From: Felis catus
Lineage: Eukaryota
Assembly (NCBI RefSeq): GCF_018350175.1
Contig: NC_058368.1
Coordinates: forward strand, 88,104,001 to 88,168,000
Reading direction: 5' to 3'
DNA length: 64,000 nucleotides
Positions 23,511 to 34,100 of the stretch are shown here, piece by piece. The notes below the pieces were generated by a model. It saw nothing but the letters and a program-made list of their open reading frames with translations, did not search any database and was not told the DNA's origin. Positions within the stretch are counted from its first letter, which is position 1; each line of letters begins with the position of its first letter. The translations under genes were made by a program, and so were the position numbers.

Positions 23511-24447
23511 TACTGGTGGGCTTCCTATGCTTTTAACAGGGCACTTTCACATCTGACGGTGTGCTTTGTGCCCAACACGAAGATGAGTCACTCATCTTGT
23601 TTTCTGTTGCTGGCAGGTGAAGCCGCTGGTTCCAAGGCCAGCACCATCTTTGTGCTGATCAATCTGCTGGAGCCCTCCAGGTCCCCACATGGATCCCCTC
23701 ACATAGGCGGTCAGTCCTTTGGGCCCAATCCTTTCGAACAGGGCTTACAGAGCCCTTCACGGCTTTGTCCCCGTTTCTCTGTCCCTCCTCTGCTTTCCGT
23801 GTTCTGTTCTTCCAGACAACCTCACTTGCAGTCCTGTCCTACACTGTAGGCTGCCTGAGGCTCTCCTGGCCTCCCCCCAACCTAGATAACTGCTGGTTAC
23901 TTTGCACATCTCCTCTCAATGCTACTGCCAGCAGGAGGCTTTTTCTGAGATGCCAGCCTGGAGTGTGGCCCCTCTGCAGTGCCTGAGTCACCTTGAGAAT
24001 GTGCATTTCCTTATCACAGAACTTCCCCACGCTGTGCTGTAGTGGCCTCGCTGTCTTCCTCCCTGGACTTGTGGGCATTCCTGCAGGGCAGACCCTTATC
24101 CCCCCTGCCTTCCAGTGGCCTTAACTGCACCGGGCTGTTTCAGATGGCCTTGCCACCCCAGTCAGCCCTCCCACAATACTCCCAACAAACCACACCCTGC
24201 AGGGAACCAGGTCACACATCCTGCCCAGAAAGCTTCTATTTCTCTGGGGCCTCAGGAATGTGGCCAGAGGGGTTTCCCAGTGTATCCCCCAGACCCCACA
24301 GGCCCATGGTAGGATGCCTCCCCACTCTACCCCCAGGATGCACTGGGCCTGGATGGATGACCCCCTGTGCACCCCAGAGTGTGCAGGGTCATGGTCACAG
24401 CCACTGCCCCATGCTCCCCCAGGACAAGCCAGGAGCTGTCAACATAC

Positions 24448-24713
24448 CTGGCGTCCAGCCTCATTGTTGTGGCGGTTCATTGCAGAGCGGGCATCTGGCC
24501 GGTTCTCCCGTGCATCTGCAAACTCCCGAGACACCATGCCACCGAACTCGATGTCCTCGCTGCAGCCGCCCCACTTCCAGCCCTCACCTGGGGAGCCCTG
24601 GTGGCGGCTGCTGCAGCCACAGATGGTGGCGGAGCCCTCAGCACAGGAGCGCGTCACAGCAAAGGCCACGCCGGCAGAGGCAATGGCATGCACAAAGGCG
24701 GACTCCCGGGTGG
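24448..24713 (-). CDS. WNT3A: WNT3A coding exon 3 (266 nt)
   Basis: Acceptor ctctctccacAG at 24715-24714. Encodes ATRESAFVHAIASAGVAFAVTRSCAEGSATICGC...WKWGGCSEDIEFGGMVSREFADARENRPDARSAMNRHNNEAGRQ. Donor GTATGT at 24447. Confidence 0.98.
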
Positions 24714-25124
24714 CTGTGGAGAGAGGCAACAGGGTAGGCAGGACCTGGCAGGGCTGGGGTGGTGAAGCCGAGCCCTGGGCATCGCTGCCCCTTTCAGGGC
24801 AGGGCTCTGGGCACCTGGGGTGGACATGGGTGCTGGAGGCCAGGCAGGGCTGCAGGGGAGAGGGGTGCCCTGTGCATAGGACCCAAGGAGGAGGGTGGGT
24901 ATTGGGAAAAAGTACTTGGAGGGCCTACGGGCCCCAGGAGAGATGCTGGACATCACTCCCCGTGAAGAGCCACAGGGACCCCTGTAATATGAAGGTCAGA
25001 TCAGAGCCAGTGCTGGAGAGGATGTGCAGAATCTGAGCCCTGTGCACTGCTGGGGAACTTGGTGCTGCATCTAGGAAAGCAGTTTGATGGCTTCTTGCAA
25101 CCCTATGCGTACCAGGTGACCAGG

Positions 25125-25460
25125 CCACTCAGCTGGGTATTCACCCCTTGAGGAAATGAGGTGGTCACAGAGACCAGGGAGCAAACATCATGGCTACTTT
25201 ATTTGTAATAGCCTCAACCTGGAAGCTTCCAAATGTCCATCAACAGGTGAATGGACAGAAAACTGTGGCACCAAATCAGTAAGTCCGGGGACATGATGCA
25301 CCACACGGTGACTTGTCAGCAATACCGTGTTGTGTGCTTGAAACTTGCTAAGAGGTCTTACATGTTCCGGTCACAAGAGAAACAACTGTAACCAGGCTGT
25401 GCGTGATGTGTAGTCACCAGACAATCATTTTGGTGATCGTTTTGCAGTATATACACGTGC
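25125..25460 (+). mobile_element. L1M 3'-end fragments
   Basis: tttatttgtaatagcc..ccaaatgtccatcaacaggtgaatggacag and cttgaaacttgctaagag..ggtgatcgttttgcagtatatac. Confidence 0.7.
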
Positions 25461-25627
25461 ATGTGGGGGTGGGCCCGACCTGGCCTTCCATGCCGGGCAT
25501 GGGGCGTGTGTCTTGCTGTGTCCCCGCATCCATCCTGGGCAGCAGGCCTGGACGGTGCTGGGGCTCCCAATGGCTCCTGTCACGGTCATGGGGATGCTGC
25601 TGCCTCCTGACCCACATCAGTGCCCAG

Positions 25628-25838
25628 GGGACTTTGGTCCTGGGAGGGGGTTGGGCAGGGAGGCTTCACCCTGGGAGGGGGATGGGCAGATGGGGGGCTT
25701 TGTCCTGGGAGGGGGATGGGCAGGGGGGCTTTCGTCCCAGGAGGGGGATGGGTGGGGGGACTTTACCCTGGGAGGGGAATGGGCGGGGGGGGGGACTTTG
25801 GTCCTGGGAGGGGGATGGTGGGGGCTTCACCCTGGGGA
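25628..25838. repeat. G-rich minisatellite, unit about 32 bp (ctttgtcctgggagggggatgggcaggggg), about 6.5 copies
   Basis: Directly visible tandem units. Confidence 0.92.
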
Positions 25839-28143
25839 ACCAGCAGAGGCTGTAGGTTACCCCTCACTCTTCCTCAGGCTTGCCTGCCCCAAAGCCCAGG
25901 CAGGTGGAGGCAGGGGAGCAGTGAGGGTTCCAGCCAGGAGCATGCACACACTGAGACTCACTCAGCACCCAGCACACCTGTCACTGAAAATCCCACATTT
26001 ATTCATCTGGCACTATCCCCCCTTCCCTGTGAGTCCAGCTTTCAGCATCAGCCAGCTGCACCATCAAAGGCTCCTGGTTGGAACCTGCACTCCCAGCCTG
26101 CAGCTTCCCCCATCCACATGCATGTGCCACATGTGTTGCACACACACACACACACACGCACATGCGCACCCATGCACAGCCGTGCAGGCAAACACACATG
26201 CACATACGTATGCACACACGGGCTGTGCCTAGTCCCTTTGGAGTTCCTGGCCTTATGTCCTTGCTTCACCTGCACACGGGCCTCCCCCACACTCAGCCCT
26301 CGTCCTTCCCTCAGGCTATTTCCACTGCTCCTCTGGTCACGTGCACCTGCCGTGTCCCTTGTCTGCTCTTCAGGGTACGGGCCTTGCAGTCCCAGTGCGG
26401 TCGGTGCCTGGCCCAGGAAGCTCTCTCTTCAGTCCTCTCCCCAGCATGCAAGCTCCCTGGGGTGGGGGGCTGTGTTTCGTTCATTTTTGGTTTCCAATTC
26501 CTGTAGATGGTGGGTGGGGAGCGAGGGCCCGGTCTAAGCAGAGGGCCGGGCCCTGGGATGGACGGGGAGGCCCAGCAGGGCCAGAGCCTACCCTGGACAG
26601 GCCTGTGCCATGAGACTGGATCTCCACCCCTGCCCACTCAGCATCCTTCCCTGCCCCTTTTCCCGACGGCCAGCCAGCGGCCACCTCCCCCAGATGCTTG
26701 ATGCCTTGGCCTCACTTTGCTTCCATAATACGGCCAGCAGTTCTCGAGCAGGCATGGAGTGGCCTTCTATGGGCCCAAGGCACGGTGAATAAAGGCCAGT
26801 GTGCCCTGGTTGTAGACCCCCTGCCCTTCTGTCCCTGCACTCCAGCGGAGCCACGCCTTTGTTTTGCCTTCCCTGAGGGTGGGCTTGGCTCCTTGGGTCC
26901 TCACCCCTCCAGAACCCAGGCCTGGGGCTGCTCCTGCCCTCCAGGCAGGGCATGTGGGCTGCTGGGCCAGGCAGGTGTTTCCTAGGTATTCCTGGATCTC
27001 AGTGCACACAGCCGGGTGCCTTCCGCCCTCTTGCTGCTTCCAGCTGGCTGAGGGCCCCCGGTGGCCCTTCTCCAGGACCTGGGTATCAACTCCTGCCCAG
27101 GGGGCCAGAACTACTCCTCCTGGAGAACATGCCTCCCCTCCTCTGAGATAAGCAGAGAGCCAGCGAGCCTGGGGCCTTGCACCTTCCTTGAACAAGGGTG
27201 TGGCTGCTTAACAGGCTCAGGCAGAGGGGCCAGGAGGGGCCAGGTCACCAGACACACTCGAGGGGAAGGGCGTGCTCAGGGAAGGGGGAGGGGTCTCCCT
27301 TGAACTTGGAGGAAGAATTCAGTCCTGCCCTGCTCTCTCACCAGCTGGCTGTATGACCCAGCCCTGGCCTCCCTCCCCTGTGGGCCTCAATCTCCCCTAC
27401 CCAGTAAGGAAGGGGCTCTTCACACATGAGGTCCTGAAGGCTGACGCTACCTTGTAGCCTGCCTCCAACTTGTTCATGAGGAAAGGAAGCCTCTAAGGAG
27501 AGGCCACAAGACCCATGGCCAGAAAACCATGAGAGCTTGTTCTGGCAAAGAGAGTCTGCTTAGAAACAGAAGTCACAGCCTCCAAGCACTTTGGGACAGC
27601 CGTGCCCTGACTTTGCAGACGCCTGGCCCACCCCACCTTACCTGAGGGGTTGGGGCTGCGGGGACCACAGCAGCTGACAGGTGGCTGATGCCTCCTGAGA
27701 AGATGCTCCAGGGACACCATGGAGGCCTTCTCAGCAAAGAATCAGGAAACGTCAGATAGATGCAAGAGGCCTGACCTGGTTCCTCCTAGTCTTGTGGGCA
27801 CGAAGGGCCAGGGCCAGGCATACCCAGGATGGGATCCCAGATGGGTGGGAGAATGGGAGAAACCTGGGAGTGTAGTTATCATGGGCTGATCTTTGTGCTG
27901 ATGGATGCAGCTGGCTTTGCTAGCACTGGGGATGTCTGGGAGCAGACATGGACCCTGAACATCGCTCTTGCCACATTTCTGTATGTCTACAATTCTTTCT
28001 AAAGAAAAGTTAAAAGACATGCTGAGGTCATGGAGAAGGAAGACCCCCAGCATGTCCAGGTGACACCTCACAGTAGCAGGGACATCTGACCCAGGGGTGT
28101 GGGATTAGGCTTCACTGGGGCAGGAATCACAGGGCATGCCGGA

Positions 28144-28145
<2 letters not shown>

Positions 28146-28181
<36 letters not shown>
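28146..28181. repeat. (GT)n microsatellite, about 18 units
   Basis: Perfect dinucleotide run. Confidence 0.98.
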
Positions 28182-28182
<1 letters not shown>

Positions 28183-29014
28183 GGATAGAGAGCCCATTGC
28201 TTTTATCAGATTTCCACAGGTCATGAGCCTACTGGCTGGAGTAGGAGGAGGTAGGATAGGGCTCCCCTGAGGCTGTGCGTGGGGAGGACACAGTGAGGAC
28301 TCCGACCAGGGTCTGGAGCCCTGGCAGCCGCCCCAGTCACAGGAAAGTTCTTAGCCACTGACAGCTGCTTTGTCAGACGTTTCTGCTTCTGTTTACACAA
28401 CAGAGGCAGCTAGGGAGTGGGAGGGGAGCCATCACACCATGGGAAGGGAATCACATCTTTGGAATGAGATTGGAGACACCTCCATCATGTCACTGTCACT
28501 GGCAATGGGCTGCGGCAGGTCAAGAGAAGAAGAGGGGGCATAGGCCCCTGGGAGGGAAGCCAAAGGGCCAATGCTGCCAGTTTGCCAAGTCCCTGGGACA
28601 GAGCCTGCATGAGCCTTTGGAGCTGCTCAGGACTGCCCTGCTGGCCCCAGGATTCTTCTTCACAGCCGTGAGATGGGCTCTGCCTCCCTGGGTCTCAGAA
28701 CTTCAGGACTATACCCATCTTGCTTCCAGACTCGGATTTCACAGGCTTGTCAAACACCAGAGATCATTTGAGGACTGAATTAGGACTGACAAGGCTTGTT
28801 GCTTTTCCATGAGAGTATAAGATATGTGAAAAATGACTATCATAATTTTGGAGGTGAGGTCAGGGTTGGAAAAAGGAAGAAGAAAGGGAATTTAGTGGCA
28901 AAGTCATTCTGTGAGTTAAGCATCCTCCATGCGGAAAACCATCTTTGCCAGAAATTTGCCATTGTTTCATTACTAATTAGTTACGGAGTTCATGCAAAGT
29001 ATCAATGATCTATT

Positions 29015-29598
29015 CTTCCTTCCATTCATCTACCATCTATCCATTTATCCATCCATCCATCCATCCATCCATCCATCCATCCATCTGTCTATCCATCTGC
29101 TATCCATGTATCCATCCACCATCCATTTATCCATCCATCCACCCATCCACCATCAATTTATCCATCAAACCATCCATCCATCCATCCATCCATCCATCCA
29201 TTTATCCATTCTTCCACCCATCCACTATCCATGTATCCATCCACCATCCATTTATCTATCCATGTACCCATCCACCATCCATTTATCCATCCATCCCTCC
29301 ATCCATCCACCATCAATTTATCCATCAAACCATCCATCCATCTATCCATCCATCTGACATCCATCCATCCATCCATCCAACCATCTATTCACCCATCCAG
29401 CATCCATGTATACATACATCAAAACATCCATCCATCCATCACCATCCATTTATTCATCCATCCACCATCAATTTATTCATCAAATCATCCATCCATCCAT
29501 CTATCCACCATCCTTCCATCCATCCATCCATCCATCCATCTGTCCATCCACCATCCTTCCATCCATCCATCCATCCATCCAACCAGCCAGCCAGCCAT
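29015..29598. repeat. (CATC)n compound tetranucleotide satellite
   Basis: About 580 bp of degenerate ATCC repeats with higher-order duplications (ccaccatcaatttat recurs three times). Confidence 0.97.
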
Positions 29599-30028
29599 TT
29601 ACCCCTCCAGGATCTGAGAGTCTATAAGAAGCTACACACTAGGCTCAGAACTAGGAATATGAGGTGAGTAAGATGTAAGGTGCCCATTCTCAAGAACCAT
29701 GGTAAGAAATCTGTAAGATAGTGATTGCTGCTCTCTCTGATGAGATTTCTAACAGCCCAGGCTTTTTAAAGTTCAAGGAATTACCCATCTAATCATTAAT
29801 TAAGTAGAAGCTGGATGACCCACTATCAAGTGGAAGGAATCCCTGCATTGGCAAGGCGGAGGGTGAACCAGGGGAATCCTGCCTTTAGTGAGAGACTCTA
29901 CTGTTGTGGATCAGGTTCTTTGCTTTGGGCTGTGCTAAGTCACCTGCCTTTGGGATCTTACAGTTTGTGAGGAATAGAATAGAGGAAACAATGACACACA
30001 GTGGCAGTGTGAACTCTGGGGCAGGCTT

Positions 30029-30478
30029 GGGATGGATGGATGGGTAGATTAACTGGTGAGTGAGTGGCTGGCTGCCTGGCTGGATGAATGGGTGGGTGGG
30101 TAGATGGGTAGTAGAAGGATGGATGGATGGATAGATGGGTAGATGAGTGGATGGATGGATGGATGGATGATGGATGGTGGACAGATGAATATTAGAAGGA
30201 TGGATGGGTGAGTGGGTGGGTGGGTGGATGGGTGGATGGATGGATGGAGGGTGGTGGGTAATGAGTGTGTAGATGGTTGGATGGATGGCTGGATGGATGG
30301 CTGGATGGGTATGTGGATGGATGAGTGGGTGGGGATATATATTGGATGGATGATGTATGGGTGGATGGATGGATGGGTGGATGGAAGGATGGTGAATGAA
30401 TGGATGGATGGTGGATGGATGGATGTATGGATGGATGGATTTATGGATGGGTGGATGGATATAGACAGATGGATGGTT
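30029..30478. repeat. (GATG)n tetranucleotide satellite
   Basis: About 450 bp of degenerate GGAT repeats. Confidence 0.97.
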
Positions 30479-31847
30479 AATGTCTGGGGCAGCTGAGGGA
30501 GTCCCATGTGGTGAGAGGTGGGTGTCTAGCAGAGGGCAGGGAGAGATGTCCAACTGGCTCCATCACAGCTAGGTCAGTGGGGCACTAGGTGTCACCTGTG
30601 AGATCGGCTTCGGCAGTTACTTTGCTTCCCTGGGTTTCAGAACTTTAGAACTAGGCACCTTAACAAATTCTTGCTTCCAGATTTGGGTTCCATGGGCTTG
30701 TCAAGTATCAGAGATCATTTGAGGACTGAATCAGGATTGCCAAGTGTTGTTACTTTTACTATTTCATGAGAGGATAAGACAAGCTTAACTATGATAATTT
30801 CAGGAAAGAACATTTAACAGAAAAAAAGGGGTGTTTTTTCAGAGTACTTTATATTGAAGAAAGTTCATCTTGCACATTTCACCATGTAGCTAGCAGTTAG
30901 CAACCGTTAATTGAGCATTGACTGTGTTTTAAGTGGACAAGAAGGCTGCAGCCTCTGTTCTGGAGCTGACCTTCCTGTGGGGAGGTCCCCTTGGGGGGCT
31001 GTTTCACCAGGGACCAACAGGCCACCCTGCCTTGACTCTGGCAAATCCTTTTATTGGGGCTGAGAGAACCGGCTCAGGCAGGAGGAGGGGCACTCCTCTT
31101 TGCCCGCTGCTATCACATGTTCTGCAGGCCCCTTCAGCCCAAGCATGCAGAGGCTCAGAGTGGGTCAGCCACAGACCCTGGGCTGCACAGTAGTGAGTGC
31201 TGAGCCCAGACAGGGTGGAGGGAGAGGCTCCTGCACCCCCAGTAAGTCTCCTGCACCAGGCCGTTTCGGTGGCTGCAGCCTCGAGGTGGCTGGGCCCACC
31301 TGTCCTCTCCTGGGGGAAGGCTGTGGGAGCTTACACTGGATGAGAGGATATGGACACTCATATATGCTCTTGTGATGAGACTATTAGCCCGAGGGGGCAC
31401 TGGGAGGGCTTTTCTAAGAAACAAATGTGACCTCTGGCAGCAGAAGGTCCCGGAAGGGGGCTGTGGCTCAGATGTGACCACTGATGGATGAGGTGAAGTT
31501 TCTGGAACATTCTGTGTCTGCCTGGGTGGACCCCTCAGGAAGCACTGCAGAGAGGATGGCCTGGGGGCTGCCCCAGCACCAGTCACTCCAGTCAGTGTAT
31601 CAGTGCAGACACCTGTGGGCCCCGGGCCATAGTTCTTGGAAGGACACCTATTTCTCTAAAGGGTCCCCAGGTGATTCTGATGAAACCCTGGGCTGAGCCC
31701 ACAGGCTCTATTATACCCTAGGGCTCCATGACTCGCAAATTCACCCCCTCCTCAAGATGGTGGCCAGACCCAGCATGTGTCCCTGTGGAGGGAGGCCCCC
31801 AAATGGCACCCAGCCAGGAGAAGGGAGGGAGCATGGGGAAGGGGGAG

Positions 31848-32268
31848 GGGATTTCTGATACCACCTCCTTAACAGGGATGTGCAGGGGCCTAGCATGGAG
31901 GGTTCTGATACTTGCCCATCAGAGGAACATCAGTGGGGGGGGGGGCACTAATAACAGGGGCTTTGACGCTTTCCCCCCATCAGAGGGACATGGGGGGCTA
32001 AAAACAGGGGCTCTGACACCTCCGTCAGAGGGACTTGGAGGCTGATATGCAGGGCTCTGACACCTCCCCCATCAGAAGCACATGAGAGGGCTGATATGGG
32101 GGATCTCTGACATCCCCCATCAGAGGGACTTGAGGGGGCCAAAATGGAGGTCTATGACACCTCCCCCATCAGAGGGGCTTGGGGGGCTGATATGGGGGGC
32201 TCTGACACCTCCCTCATCAGAAGCACATGAGGGGCCTGATATGGGGGATTTCTGACATCCCCCCTTCC
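31848..32268. repeat. Minisatellite, unit about 44-58 bp (ctctgacacctcccccatcagagggacttgggggctgatatggggg), about 9 copies
   Basis: Directly visible tandem units. Confidence 0.93.
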
Positions 32269-33149
32269 TGCATGTGCGGCAGACATTCTGTCTGGCCCCC
32301 ACATGAAGCCTGGCTCCTGATTGCCAGCCTTTGGGACTTAGGGGTCTGTCTCCTGTCAGATGGCTGCAGGGAGGGACCTGGGCCCAGGGCAGGGTAGGTA
32401 TGAGTGCCCCTGAGAGCTACAGGGCCTATCAGAACTTTTCTTGGCTGACCAGAGGCAGAGGAAGGGCCCTCCCTCAGGTGAGCTCACTTCCCTAAGACCC
32501 TTTGGGACACCAGGCTGTGTTTCTCCCCTGGGCAGGGCTGACCTTGAGGCAAGACCCCCAAAGCACCAAGGTTAGTGCTGCTCACATGTGTGCAGAGGAG
32601 TGCAGCGGGGGTGGGGGGAGGGCTCTCCTGTCTCTATGGATCCCCCCAGGACACTGCCTGCAACCACAGTGGCCCTGGCCAGGGCAGGGGTTCCCAGTCC
32701 TCAGCCCCAGCACTCGACCACCTTGCAAGGAGGCTCCCTGAGCACACCCTGCTGCAGCTTCCCTCCCACCAGGTGTGTGGGGTGAACCCCCATTCTACAT
32801 ACCAGCACTGCCCAGCCTGCACCCACCATGAGTCCTCCCGATGCTCTGGATGAGGAGAGCACATCCCTTGTGGTATCTATGGTGCCCACAGCTGATGGGC
32901 CTTCCCAGAGCCTAGGATGGGGGTACCCAGCCTCGGTGAGGGCCTGGAGCATCTGGGAGAACATGGGGTGCATGTGGCACCCCCAGCATAAACAAGGCGC
33001 AGGCCTTACTGAGCTCTCTCCCTCTCTGGGGCCTCTCAGGGCCCTGCCCACCTGGCAGGTGAGGCCCGGGGGAGGGGAAGACACAGAAGGGCAGGTCAGG
33101 GTACCCTGCCCCTTTCCTGCCACGCCTGAGCGGGGGCACAGGCCAGCAG

Positions 33150-34100
33150 ACGCTCCCGTCTCCCTCCCTCTGGCCAGCGCGGGCCCCCAAGACTCCCCCA
33201 GAGCACTGAGTGCGCTGGCGCCTCCTCCGCCCACCGACGCTCCAGCACCAGGAGGGGACTGCGGCTCCGCGGGGCCGCCAGACGGTCGGGAGGCCTGCCA
33301 GAGCCCCGGGCCAGCAGGTGCGCCCCTCCGACGACGCCCACCGGCCTTGGCCCGCGGGAGGGGGTGTCGCGAAGGCGGCCGCACAAAGGAGGGGGCACCT
33401 GAGAGCGGAATGTGCCCGCGCCCCACCGCGGCCGCGGCCCCTGACACCGCCCGGCCGGCAGCGCGGCCGGCGTCCCGATTACCTGCTGGGGCTAATGAAT
33501 CTGGCTTTGTGAGCCACTGTCACGCCGCGTTAGGCCCACAATGGCCCGCGATATTTTATATGAATTTCCCCCTCGTCGGCGATTAGGCCATAGCCAGCCA
33601 GTCATAGCAACCGGGAGGTATGCGCGGCCGAGGGGCCGGCGGCGCGAGGGGAGCGCGCTATTCACACGCTTTAACACAGCGCTCCGAGGGCGTGTGAATC
33701 GCCCGCAGCATTGCTCTCTGCCTTGTGCTTAATCTTGTCCTCGTCGTGGGGACATTGTGTTCCGAGCCGGACGCGGCGGGGCGTCGCCGGGGTCTCTCCT
33801 GGACCCTCTACGCGCCCCCGCTGCGCAGAGTTAATGATATACAGGGGAGGCCGCGGAGACCGGCCGGCTCCCCCCCAGCCACCGCCAACCGAAACACTTT
33901 CCGATGCGGGTCAGGGGTCGCAACCTGGATTCGGGACGTGTCTTCCCCCCCGCCCCCCAGGGGCCTCAGTCTCTTCCCCAGGCCCCTCCTGGGCCCTGCG
34001 GCTTGTGCCGGGCCCCGTGCCTGTGCGCTGGCCTGGACACACAGTGCGCCGATGGACCACCCGCTGGAGCCTGACCGAGGAGGGGGGGAGGGGCTGCTCC
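33150..34100. promoter_or_regulatory. Intragenic CpG island in intron 2, candidate enhancer
   Basis: Abrupt CpG enrichment relative to flanks, with an embedded AT-richer motif core at 33475-33740. Confidence 0.7.

Noticed and set aside
28992..30553. (IHPS)n / (MDGW)n ORFs
   Set aside because: Artefacts of tetranucleotide satellites.
31848..32268. CRISPR-like look (palindromic repeat with variable linkers)
   Set aside because: The linkers are homologous to one another, the repeats are degenerate, there are no cas genes and the context is a mammalian intron. It is a minisatellite.
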